13,351 bases of DNA. Source: Clostridia bacterium. GTDB taxonomy: Bacteria; Bacillota; Clostridia; Christensenellales; Aristaeellaceae. The translations under genes were made by a program, and so were the position numbers. Where the stretch lies: contig JAUNDF010000039.1 of assembly GCA_030526225.1 (NCBI GenBank), positions 5,740-19,090 on the forward strand. Reading direction: 5' to 3'. Below, piece after piece: positions 1 through 7,611 of the stretch; positions within the stretch are counted from its first letter, which is position 1; every line of letters begins with the position of its first letter. The notes beneath the pieces are model-generated. The model had not been told where the DNA came from. It saw nothing but the letters and a program-made list of their open reading frames with translations, and did not search any database.

Positions 1-179
1 ACATGATGAAGCTGCACCGGGTGGAATGCATCCACGACACGGAGAATACCGCCAGCGGTCGGGTGATGCAAAAATGCGGCCTCCGCTATGAAGGCCGCAT
101 GCGTCAAAAAATCGCAAACAAGGGAACGTATGTGGATGTGGATTTGTACGCCATCCTCTGCGACGATCCCAGAGGATAA
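1..179 (+). CDS. GNAT-family N-acetyltransferase, C-terminal fragment (5' end lies outside the window)
   Basis: Frame 3 is open from the window edge to TAA at 177-179. The translation is MMKLHRVECIHDTENTASGRVMQKCGLRYEGRMRQKIANKGTYVDVDLYAILCDDPRG. The N-x-x-S-x-x-V-x-x-K-x-G-x-x-x-E-G ... Y-A-I-L pattern is typical of the C-terminal part of RimJ/RimL-type GNATs. It is absent from the ORF track because it is truncated. Confidence 0.6.
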   Translation, partial: MMKLHRVECIHDTENTASGRVMQKCGLRYEGRMRQKIANKGTYVDVDLYAILCDDPRG

Positions 180-182
180 GGC

Positions 183-791
183 TCAGCGGTCATACTGCGC
201 CATGCGCTTTTTCAGCACCTCGGGCCTTGCAAGGGAGTAACCGAAGAAGCCCAGCACATCCTGTGCCTGCTGATACACGCCGTGGTTGTAGCACACCAGC
301 CCCGCCTTTTCCAGATGCATGGAGCCGTCCTCCCGGAACAGCTCCTCCTGCACGCGGACGGCCACCACTTCGCCGATGAACATATCGTGGCTGCCCAGCT
401 CCGTCACACTCTTCACCCTGCAGGACAGGTACGCCGGACATTCCGCAATGGCGGGGGCATACTGCAGCTCTGCCGCGGGAACAGCCGTCAGCTTCATTTC
501 GGCAAACTTGTCGAAATCCCGGCCGGATTTTACACCGCACCAGTCCAGCTCCCGGCAGTGGGCCGCATCCACCAGATTGACCACAAACTCGCCGCTTTCC
601 TGAATCAAATGATGGGAATACCGCTCCTTGCGGATGGAGACCGACACCATGGGCGGCGTGGTATTGACGGTGCCTGCCCAGGCCACGGTGATAATGTTGG
701 GCTTTTCCTCGGTGATGCCCCGGCAGGAAATCATCACCGCCGGTACAGGGCAAAGCATGGTGCAGGGATCGATGGGACGGAATTGCTTCAT
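183..791 (-). CDS. Flavin reductase-like (FMN-binding split-barrel) domain protein
   Basis: Track ORF 183..803. The segment ...PNIITVAWAGTVNTTPPMVSVSIRKERYSHHLIQESGEFVVNL... resembles the flavin reductase domain family. The track start at 803 is a GTG that overlaps the SD-like GAAAGGG. The ATG at 791 (MKQFRPID...) lies ~9-11 nt downstream of that SD and is preferred. Stop is TGA (183-185). Confidence 0.8.
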   Translation of the reverse strand: MKQFRPIDPCTMLCPVPAVMISCRGITEEKPNIITVAWAGTVNTTPPMVSVSIRKERYSHHLIQESGEFVVNLVDAAHCRELDWCGVKSGRDFDKFAEMKLTAVPAAELQYAPAIAECPAYLSCRVKSVTELGSHDMFIGEVVAVRVQEELFREDGSMHLEKAGLVCYNHGVYQQAQDVLGFFGYSLARPEVLKKRMAQYDR

Positions 792-864
792 ATTAATAAG
801 CACCCTTTCTGCTGCAAGTCATACGCATTCAATCTGCGGCTGCCGAAACGGCAGCGGATAAAAT

Positions 865-893
865 ATACTAACACGCCCGGGGATAAAATGCAA
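865..893 (-). promoter_or_regulatory. Candidate sigma-A promoter for the flavin reductase gene
   Basis: On the minus strand: TTGCAT (893-888), a 17-nt spacer, then TAGTAT (870-865). Found by pattern match only. Confidence 0.3.
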
Positions 894-916
894 ATCCCCG
901 CCGTCAAGGAGGTTTC

Positions 917-1807
917 ATGGCCTACAACGCCAGACATGGCCACGGTGCCAAAATCCGCAGCAAGGGCAAAATGATTGCCATCATCATCGTTGTCGCCGCG
1001 CTGCTTGCAGTGCTGGCCATTCCCTTTATCGAGCCCTTCCTGCTGGAGGTGGACAGCCGCGCACTGGTGTCCTCCGACCTGCCCGGTGATGTGGGCACCC
1101 TGCGCATCGTGTATGTATCGGATATCCATCGGGGACCGTTCTACAGCCAGAGCCGGGTCCGGCAGCTGTGCAGCCGCATCAACGATCTGCGTCCCGACCT
1201 GCTGATTCTCGGCGGCGACTACGCGGAGGACTCCGACCATGCCATCGACTTTTTCCGCAATCTCCCCGACCTGCATGTCACCTATGCCGTCTGCGCCGTC
1301 ATGGGCGAAACGGACCGCACCCTGCCGGAGAGCAATCTGAGCGTGCTGAAGACCACCATGTACACCGCCGGGGTCACCCCCGTGGTCAACGAGGTGGTCC
1401 CCATCCGCATCGGCGGCGGCTCCACCATTTACGTGGCCGGTATCGACGATGTAACCGCCGGCTCCCCCGCCCTGCAGCAGGTGGCCGCTCAGGTCCGGCA
1501 GGATGATTATGTCATCTTTGCCAGCCATTCCCCGGCGGTGATTCAGGATTCTCTCCGCGCTTCCGGCAGCGACGGAAAGCGCGGCTGGTATGACCTGGGC
1601 CTGTTCGGCCACACCCACGGCGGGCAGATCTGGCCCCTTGGCAAGGCACTGGGCTTCGGGCAGAACATCCCCGACCGGTACATGTCCGGCTGGAAGCAGG
1701 AAAACAAGATTGACATGCTCATCTCCCGGGGCGTGGGCACCTCCGTTGTCCCCATGCGGCTGATGAGCAAGCCTCAAATCCACCTGATTACCGTCAAGTG
1801 CAAATGA
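917..1807 (+). CDS. Membrane-anchored metallophosphoesterase (calcineurin-like, YkuE/YaeI type)
   Basis: AGGAGG at 905-910 lies 6 nt before the ATG at 917. There is an N-terminal TM helix (IAIIIVVAALLAVLAIPFI). Phosphoesterase motifs are present: VYVSDIHRG, LILGGDY, ASHSP, GHTHGGQI. Stop is TGA. Confidence 0.85.
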   Translation: MAYNARHGHGAKIRSKGKMIAIIIVVAALLAVLAIPFIEPFLLEVDSRALVSSDLPGDVGTLRIVYVSDIHRGPFYSQSRVRQLCSRINDLRPDLLILGGDYAEDSDHAIDFFRNLPDLHVTYAVCAVMGETDRTLPESNLSVLKTTMYTAGVTPVVNEVVPIRIGGGSTIYVAGIDDVTAGSPALQQVAAQVRQDDYVIFASHSPAVIQDSLRASGSDGKRGWYDLGLFGHTHGGQIWPLGKALGFGQNIPDRYMSGWKQENKIDMLISRGVGTSVVPMRLMSKPQIHLITVKCK

Positions 1808-1846
1808 GGAAATATTACAAAAATAACGCTTTATGATTTTTGCATC

Positions 1847-1875
1847 TATACAAAAATGTAAAAGCAATGTATAAT
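1847..1875 (+). promoter_or_regulatory. Candidate sigma-A promoter for the solute-binding-protein/galK unit
   Basis: TATACA (1847-1852), a 17-nt spacer, then TATAAT (1870-1875) preceded by TG. It lies in the only AT-rich island between the two genes (1808-1900). Confidence 0.4.
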
Positions 1876-1912
1876 AAAAGCAACTATAGTAATCCGGAGG
1901 GAGTCCGCAACG

Positions 1913-3406
1913 GTGATCCGCAAGATATTCTGCAGCCTGCTGTGCGCGGTGCTGCTTGTTTCGGCCGCGGCTGCATATGCCCAGCCCTTTGTCATGGCCG
2001 GATTTGATGATGCTTCCGCCAATCACGACTGGGAGACCAACCTGTTTTTCCGCCGCATGGAGGAAAAAACCGGCGTCACCTTTATCTATCTGCAATACAG
2101 CGACAAGGCTGCATGGACACAGGCCAAGGCTTCCCTGTTTGCCGAAGGTGAGCAGCCCGATGTGCTGTTCAAGGCCGAGCTGACAAGCGAAGAGACCGAG
2201 CGCCTCTTCGGTCAGGGCTATCTGATTGACCTTGCCCCCTACGTCACCCCCGAGGTGATGCCCAACCTGTGCGCCCTGCTGGAGAAGAACCCTGCATGGC
2301 GTCAGGCCATCACCGGCCGCGGCGGCGAAATCATCACCCTGCCGTATATCAACGAGCTGCCCAACAACAACACCATGTGGATTAACCGCCGCTGGCTGGA
2401 TACGCTGAAGCTTTCCGTGCCCGCCACCGCGGAAGAGCTGACGGAGGTGCTCCGCGCCTTCCGGGACGGCGACCCCAACAAAAACGGCAGCAAGGATGAG
2501 GTCCCCCTCTCCTTTATGAGCATGTGGGATTTGAAGTACCTGTCCCACGCCTTCGGCATCATTGCCAACGATTACAACGTGTACGCCGACGAGGACGGCA
2601 CCGTCCGCTGTGCCTTTGACCAGCCGGCATACCGCGATTTTGTCAACTGGCTGCATCAGCTGTGGGAGGAAGGCCTGCTGTACCGCTCCGGCTTCTCCTC
2701 CATCGATCAGACCCGCATGGTCACCGACCAGAACGCCGTGATGACCATGGGCATGATGTTTGCCCCCACCCCTCTTTCTCTGATCCCCGCAACCGCCATG
2801 GATGATTACGATGCGCTGCCGCCCCTTGTCTGTGAGGGTAAGCAGGTGTACCGCGATTTCTGCGGCGAGGTTGTTCGAGGTGCCTTTGCCGTAACGAAAT
2901 CCTGCGCAGAGCCGGAAACCGTGCTGCGCTGGGTGGATACCCTTTACGGCGAGGAAGGCTCCGTATTGGCGCAGGCCGGTGTGGAGGGTGAGGAATTCAC
3001 CCGCGCAAGCGACGGCACCTGGTACTGGCTCAGCGATGATGAGACGGTCACCAATGTCATCCTCCCCGAACGCACCATCACCAGCGGTGCCTTTGTCCCC
3101 ATGTATGCACCGGCAGCATTTCAGCTGCAGCTTGACCGCGCAGAAACCACCAGAATCATGACCCAGCTGTATGAGCAGCGGCAGTATGTCCGTCTGCCCA
3201 TCCCCCTGAGCCACCTGACAAGCGCGGAGCAGGCCCGTTTGGATGAGCTTCAGAATGTTGTGGCTCCCTGGGCCGAGCAGCAGCTGGTCCACTTCGTCAC
3301 CGGCGAAGCGGTGCTGGATGATGCATCCTGGCAGGCATTTTTATCCCGGCTTCACACCCTTGGCATGGACGAGATTGTGTCCATCTGGCAGCAGAGCAAC
3401 CGATAA
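1913..3406 (+). CDS. Extracellular solute-binding protein, ABC transporter family 1 (LipO/YtcQ-like sugar-binding type)
   Basis: GTG start at 1913 with GGAGGGAG ~10 nt upstream. The Sec-type signal peptide is MIRKIFCSLLCAVLLVSAAAAYA/QP. Its ~500-aa size and N-terminal ...WETNLFFRRMEEKTGVTF... are typical of large sugar/oligosaccharide SBPs. Stop is TAA. Confidence 0.8.
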   Translation: MIRKIFCSLLCAVLLVSAAAAYAQPFVMAGFDDASANHDWETNLFFRRMEEKTGVTFIYLQYSDKAAWTQAKASLFAEGEQPDVLFKAELTSEETERLFGQGYLIDLAPYVTPEVMPNLCALLEKNPAWRQAITGRGGEIITLPYINELPNNNTMWINRRWLDTLKLSVPATAEELTEVLRAFRDGDPNKNGSKDEVPLSFMSMWDLKYLSHAFGIIANDYNVYADEDGTVRCAFDQPAYRDFVNWLHQLWEEGLLYRSGFSSIDQTRMVTDQNAVMTMGMMFAPTPLSLIPATAMDDYDALPPLVCEGKQVYRDFCGEVVRGAFAVTKSCAEPETVLRWVDTLYGEEGSVLAQAGVEGEEFTRASDGTWYWLSDDETVTNVILPERTITSGAFVPMYAPAAFQLQLDRAETTRIMTQLYEQRQYVRLPIPLSHLTSAEQARLDELQNVVAPWAEQQLVHFVTGEAVLDDASWQAFLSRLHTLGMDEIVSIWQQSNR

Positions 3407-3464
3407 CGCTGCCCCACACCAGTCATCACCTACATTAATGATAAAAAGAAGGGCGGAAACAGGA

Positions 3465-4745
3465 ATGAACAATTATGCAGATGTTGGCAAGGCTTTAACC
3501 TCTCCCCGTGTATTGGAAAAACTCTCCGAGCTTTACGGCACCCGCGACGGCATGACGGTCTATCAGTCCAATCGCTACAACGGACTGCTCAAGCGCCATG
3601 AAGAGCTGTTCAATTCCCCTGATCGCGTGCAGTTCATCAGCGCCCCCGGCCGCACCGAAATCGGCGGCAATCACACCGACCACAACCGCGGCCGCGTGCT
3701 GGCAGCCTCTGTCAATCTGGACTGCCTCTCTGCCGTTACCCCCCGCAATGACATGCTGGTCAATTTGGTCAGCGAGGGCTATGCCCCCATTCAGGTGGAT
3801 TTGAGCGATCTTGCGCTGGTGGAAGAGGAGAAGGGCACCACCCGCGCCCTCATCCGCGGCGTTGCCGCCCGCATGGTTGAGCTGGGCTACAAGATTGGCG
3901 GCTTTGATGTAGCCGTTACCTCTTCCGTTGCCTCCGGCAGCGGCCTGAGCTCCTCTGCCGCCTTTGAGGTGATGGTCTGCGCCATCTTCGACCAGCTGTA
4001 CAACGGCTTCGTCATCGATTTCAAGACCCGCGCCAAGATTGGCCAGTACGCCGAAAATGTGTACTTCGGCAAGCCCAGCGGTCTGCTGGACCAGATGGCC
4101 TCCGCAGCCGGCGGTCTGGTGGCTGTTGACTTTAAGGAGGATGACCCCGAGGTATTCCCCCTGAGCTTTGACTTTGCCGCTCACGGCTACTCCCTGGTGG
4201 TGGTTGCCACCGGCGGCAGCCATGCCGACCTCACCGACGACTATGCCGCCATCCCCAACGAGATGAAGGCCGTGGCCGGCAAGCTGGGTGCACCCTACCT
4301 GCGCAAGGTTCGCCGCGAGGAGTTCATCAAGGCCATCCCCGAGCTGCGCAATTCCGTCAGCGACCGTGCCATCATGCGCGCCATGCATTTCTATGATGAA
4401 AACCAGCGCGTTACCCGTCAGGTGGAAGCACTGCGCGACAACGAGCTGACCAAGTTCTTCGACAACATCATCGAGAGCGGCCGCAGCAGCTATATGTACC
4501 TGCAGAACGTTTACGCCAAGCCCGAGGATCAGAGCCTGTCCCTTGCCCTGTGCATGGCCGAATCCATGCTGAAGGACCGCGGCGCATGGCGCATCCACGG
4601 CGGCGGCTTTGCAGGCACCACCCTGAACTTTGTCCCCCAGGATCTGCTGGCCGAGTTCATCGCGTGGAACGAGCAGGTCTTCGGCAAGCACTGCTGCCAT
4701 GTGCTGGACATCCGTCCCCAGGGCGCCGCAGTCATCGAGCTGTAA
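3465..4745 (+). CDS. galK: Galactokinase (GHMP kinase family)
   Basis: The real start is the ATG at 3465 (MNNYADVGK...). The track ORF from 3243 is an upstream extension that overlaps the SBP gene. The galactokinase signature APGRTEIGGNHTDHNRGRVLAA is present. The GHMP ATP-binding motif is GGFDVAVTSSVASGSGLSSSAA, and the C-terminal GGGFAGT motif is also present. Stop is TAA. Confidence 0.85.
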   Translation: MNNYADVGKALTSPRVLEKLSELYGTRDGMTVYQSNRYNGLLKRHEELFNSPDRVQFISAPGRTEIGGNHTDHNRGRVLAASVNLDCLSAVTPRNDMLVNLVSEGYAPIQVDLSDLALVEEEKGTTRALIRGVAARMVELGYKIGGFDVAVTSSVASGSGLSSSAAFEVMVCAIFDQLYNGFVIDFKTRAKIGQYAENVYFGKPSGLLDQMASAAGGLVAVDFKEDDPEVFPLSFDFAAHGYSLVVVATGGSHADLTDDYAAIPNEMKAVAGKLGAPYLRKVRREEFIKAIPELRNSVSDRAIMRAMHFYDENQRVTRQVEALRDNELTKFFDNIIESGRSSYMYLQNVYAKPEDQSLSLALCMAESMLKDRGAWRIHGGGFAGTTLNFVPQDLLAEFIAWNEQVFGKHCCHVLDIRPQGAAVIEL

Positions 4746-4752
4746 TCCCATT

Positions 4753-4787
4753 CGCTCAGGCATTTCGCTGCCTGGGCGATTTTTGTT
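4753..4787 (+). terminator. Rho-independent terminator after galK
   Basis: Stem CGCTCAGGCA (4753-4762) pairs with TGCCTGGGCG (4769-4778), 10 bp with one G-U pair. The loop is TTTCGC, followed by ATTTTTGTT. Confidence 0.6.
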
Positions 4788-4838
4788 GCCCTTTTTCGAG
4801 CAATTGGCAGGATTCCTGCATTCCGCGCCGATTCTCGA

Positions 4839-4867
4839 TTGCAATCAGGGTCAAATTGTGGTAAAAT
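4839..4867 (+). promoter_or_regulatory. Candidate extended -10 sigma-A promoter of the rfb operon
   Basis: TTGCAA (4839-4844), a 17-nt spacer ending in TGG, then TAAAAT (4862-4867). This is ~60 nt upstream of the rfbA ATG. The rfbA SD is GTGAGG at 4914-4919. Confidence 0.5.
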
Positions 4868-4927
4868 TATTTTGATATAGTATGCACATTCCCAGGCGAA
4901 TCAATCAACGAAAGTGAGGCATAGCCC

Positions 4928-5815
4928 ATGAAAGGCATTATCCTCGCCGGCGGCGCCGGCACTCGCTTGTATCCGCTTACCATGGTGACCAGCAAGCAGC
5001 TGCTGCCCGTATATGACAAGCCCATGATCTACTATCCCCTGTCCACGCTGATGCTGGCGGGCATCCGGGATATCATGATTATTTCCACCCCCACCGATAC
5101 GCCCCGCTTCGAGGCACTGCTGGGTGACGGCAATCAGTTCGGCCTGAACCTGACCTACAAGGTGCAGCCCTCTCCCGACGGTCTTGCCCAGGCGTTCCTG
5201 CTGGGTGAGGAGTTTATCGGCGATGAAGCCTGTGCCATGGTGCTGGGTGACAACATTTTCTACGGCAACGGCTTCAGCAAGATTCTCCGCGCTGCCGCTG
5301 ACCGGGCCGAGAACGCACAGCATGCCACCATCTTCGGCTACTACGTCACCGACCCCGAGCGCTTCGGCATCGTGGAGTTTGACGAAAACGGCAAGGTGCT
5401 GTCCGTGGAGGAAAAGCCCGCCAAGCCCAAGAGCAACTACTGCATTACGGGTCTGTACTTCTACCCCAAGGGCGTGAGCAAGATGGCCCACGAGGTGAAG
5501 CCCTCCGCAAGAGGCGAGCTGGAAATCACCACCCTCAACGATATGTACCTCAAGCGGGACATCCTTGATGTGGAACTGCTGGGCCGCGGCTTTGCATGGC
5601 TGGATACCGGCACCATGGATAGTCTCGTGGAAGCAGCCGACTTTGTGCAGATGATTGAAAAGCGCCAGTCCATCAAGATTTCCGCCCCCGAAGAAATTGC
5701 CTACCGCAACGGCTGGATCAGCAAGGAAAAGCTGCTGGAATCCGCCGAACGCTACGGCAAGAGCCCCTACGGCGCTCACCTGAAGGCCGTGGCCGAGGGC
5801 AAAATCCGTTATTGA
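4928..5815 (+). CDS. rfbA: Glucose-1-phosphate thymidylyltransferase (RmlA)
   Basis: The N-terminus is [38 protein letters not shown]. ...DNIFYG... and ...GFAWLDTGT... are classic RmlA motifs. Length is 295 aa. Stop is TGA. Confidence 0.95.
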   Translation: MKGIILAGGAGTRLYPLTMVTSKQLLPVYDKPMIYYPLSTLMLAGIRDIMIISTPTDTPRFEALLGDGNQFGLNLTYKVQPSPDGLAQAFLLGEEFIGDEACAMVLGDNIFYGNGFSKILRAAADRAENAQHATIFGYYVTDPERFGIVEFDENGKVLSVEEKPAKPKSNYCITGLYFYPKGVSKMAHEVKPSARGELEITTLNDMYLKRDILDVELLGRGFAWLDTGTMDSLVEAADFVQMIEKRQSIKISAPEEIAYRNGWISKEKLLESAERYGKSPYGAHLKAVAEGKIRY

Positions 5816-5844
5816 TTCGCATAAGATAAAAGGAGTCCAGTCCC

Positions 5845-6408
5845 ATGGAGAAAATCGCCACCGCACTGCCGGATGTATTCATCATTGAGCCCAAGGTATT
5901 CGGCGACCATCGCGGCTATTTTATGGAAACCTATTCCACCAAGACCTTCGCGGACATCGGCATTGACACCGTATTCGTGCAGGACAACCAGTCCTTCACC
6001 GCCCAGAAGGGCACATTGCGGGGCATCCATTTTCAGAATGCCCCCATGGCACAGGCCAAGCTGGTCCGCGTGACCAAGGGCGCCGTGCTGGATGTGGCCG
6101 TTGACCTGCGCAAGGGCAGCCCCACCTACCGTCAGTGGGTGGCCGTGGAGCTTTCTGCGGATAACAAGCGCATGCTCTACATCCCCCGCGGCTTCGGTCA
6201 CGGCTTCAAGACCCTGACGGATGATGTGGAGTTCTGCTACAAGGTGGACAACCTGTACAGCAAGGAATGCGACCGCGGCATCCGGTTCAATGACCCCGCC
6301 ATCGGCGTTGATTGGGGCGAAGTGATTGAGGCGCTGCTGAGCCAGAAGGATACAGCCGCGCCCCTGCTGGAGGATAGTGACTGCAATTTTGTATATGGTG
6401 AAATTTGA
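5845..6408 (+). CDS. rfbC: dTDP-4-dehydrorhamnose 3,5-epimerase (RmlC)
   Basis: AAAGGAG SD precedes the start. FIIEPKVFGDHRGYFMETY, RGIHFQ, KLVRVTKGAVLDVAVDLR and YIPRGFGHGF are RmlC cupin motifs. Stop is TGA. Confidence 0.95.
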   Translation: MEKIATALPDVFIIEPKVFGDHRGYFMETYSTKTFADIGIDTVFVQDNQSFTAQKGTLRGIHFQNAPMAQAKLVRVTKGAVLDVAVDLRKGSPTYRQWVAVELSADNKRMLYIPRGFGHGFKTLTDDVEFCYKVDNLYSKECDRGIRFNDPAIGVDWGEVIEALLSQKDTAAPLLEDSDCNFVYGEI

Positions 6409-6413
6409 GGAAA

Positions 6414-6526
6414 GCCCTCTCACCGCCTGCGGGCGGAGCTCCCCCGGAGGGGGAGCCAAGGGGATTTCCGCGCCAGCGCCTGGCTCTCCCTTTGGGAGAG
6501 CTGTCACCGAAGGTGACTGAGAGGGC
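6414..6526. repeat. Nested-palindrome structured element: two inverted ~44-nt modules around a 24-nt spacer, in the rfbC-rfbB spacer
   Basis: The left module (6414-6457) is GCCCTCTCA-CCGCCTGCGGGCGG-AGCTCCCCC-GGA-GGGGGAGCC. The reverse complement of the right module (6526-6482) is GCCCTCTCA-GTCACCTTCGGTGAC-AGCTCTCCC-AAA-GGGAGAGCC. Local hairpins are 6423-6436, 6438-6456, 6472-6484, 6483-6501 and 6503-6517. The closing stem pairs 6414-6422 with 6518-6526. Confidence 0.6.
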
Positions 6527-6582
6527 AGGCACAGCAATTTTCATGTATTCCTTTACCGAATCCATTGAAGGAGGACACACCC

Positions 6583-7611
6583 ATGAACATCGTCGTCACC
6601 GGCGGTGCCGGATTTATCGGTGCCAACTTTGTGTATTACGAGCTGAACAACCACCCCGAGGACCGCATCATCTGCATCGACAGCCTGACCTATGCCGGCA
6701 ACCTGTCCAGCCTTGAGGAAGCTCTCAAGAACCCCAACTTCCGCTTCATCAAGGCCGACATCACCGACAAAGCCGCTGTGGAAAAAATGTTTGAGGAAGA
6801 GCATCCCGACATCGTTATCAACTTTGCCGCAGAAAGCCATGTGGACCGCTCTGTGGAGGATCCGGGCCTGTTCCTGCGCACCAACATCCTCGGCACCCAG
6901 ACCCTGATGGATGCCTGCCGCAAGTACGGCATCAAGCGCTACCATCAGGTATCCACCGACGAGGTGTACGGCGATCTGCCTCTGGACCGCCCTGACCTGT
7001 TCTTCCATGAGGACACCCCCATCCACACCAGCAGCCCCTACTCTGCCTCCAAGGCATCTGCCGACCTGCTGGTGCTGGCCTATGCCCGCACCTTCAAGCT
7101 GCCGGTGTCCATCACCCGCTGCTCCAACAACTACGGTCCCTATCATTTCCCCGAAAAGCTGATTCCCCTGATGATTTCCCGTGCGCTGGCTGACGAAAGC
7201 CTGCCCGTATACGGCACCGGCGAGAACGTCCGCGACTGGCTGTATGTGGAAGATCACTGCGCCGCCATCGATCTGGTGGCCCGCAAGGGCCGCGAGGGCG
7301 AAGTGTACAACGTGGGCGGCCATAACGAGCGCACCAATCTGGAGGTTGTGAAGACCATCCTGCGCCAGCTGGGCAAGCCGGAATCCCTCATCACCTATGT
7401 GAAGGACCGCCCCGGCCATGACCAGCGCTACGCCATCGACCCCACCAAGATTCACACCGAGCTGGGCTGGCTGCCCAAGACCACCTTTGACGAGGGCATC
7501 AAGCGCACCATCCAGTGGTACCTGGACAACGAGAAATGGTGGAAGGACATCCTGGCCGGCGATTATCAGAACTACTACGAAAAGATGTATGGAAACAGAG
7601 GCAACGCATGA
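6583..7611 (+). CDS. rfbB: dTDP-glucose 4,6-dehydratase (RmlB)
   Basis: GAAGGAGG (6568-6575) lies 7 nt before the ATG at 6583. The track start at 6565 is a TTG inside the SD and is rejected. MNIVVTGGAGFIGANFV is the Rossmann GxxGxxG motif. The YSASK catalytic motif is present, and DRPGHDQRYAID is typical of RmlB. Stop is TGA. Confidence 0.95.
   Translation: MNIVVTGGAGFIGANFVYYELNNHPEDRIICIDSLTYAGNLSSLEEALKNPNFRFIKADITDKAAVEKMFEEEHPDIVINFAAESHVDRSVEDPGLFLRTNILGTQTLMDACRKYGIKRYHQVSTDEVYGDLPLDRPDLFFHEDTPIHTSSPYSASKASADLLVLAYARTFKLPVSITRCSNNYGPYHFPEKLIPLMISRALADESLPVYGTGENVRDWLYVEDHCAAIDLVARKGREGEVYNVGGHNERTNLEVVKTILRQLGKPESLITYVKDRPGHDQRYAIDPTKIHTELGWLPKTTFDEGIKRTIQWYLDNEKWWKDILAGDYQNYYEKMYGNRGNA

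Noticed and set aside
177-185. The convergent GNAT and flavin reductase genes have stop codons only 3 nt apart, leaving no room for an intergenic terminator.
   Set aside because: Tightly abutting convergent genes are common in compact bacterial genomes. Nothing further in the sequence suggests a special mechanism.
788-3292. An 834-aa minus-strand ORF, together with other long antisense ORFs: 3495..4844(-), 4901..5866(-), 6553..7455(-), 7575..8306(-), 8475..9008(-), 9402..10565(-), 10608..11927(+), 12005..12775(+) and 282..974(+).
   Set aside because: Each lies antisense to a gene with unmistakable family motifs. Their translations are low-complexity and rich in G, A, H, Q, V and R, as expected from stop-poor antisense frames in GC-rich DNA. 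None has a credible SD or start context.
3243-3464. The upstream extension of the galK ORF (track start 3243). Similar extensions exist for rfbB (TTG 6565), rfbD (7515) and the flavin reductase (GTG 803).
   Set aside because: The extensions overlap the preceding gene or the SD itself. The conserved N-termini (MNNYADV.., MNIVVTGGAG.., MKILVTG.., MKQFRP..) begin at downstream ATGs that have proper SD spacing.
4837-4846. A perfect 10-bp palindrome, GATTGCAATC, overlaps the -35 of the rfb promoter.
   Set aside because: The TTGCAA core is itself self-complementary, so only two extra matched pairs are needed. That is too weak to call an operator without conservation data.
5809-6716. ORFs crossing the rfbC-rfbB spacer: 6405..6716(+), 5809..6537(-) and 6287..6580(-). 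Their peptides include PPEGEPRGFP, PLGELSPKVTERA and SVTALPKGEP.
   Set aside because: They are read through the nested palindrome and into the flanking rfb genes in the wrong frame or strand. The symmetric, protein-like strings are a by-product of the palindromic DNA, not evidence of coding.
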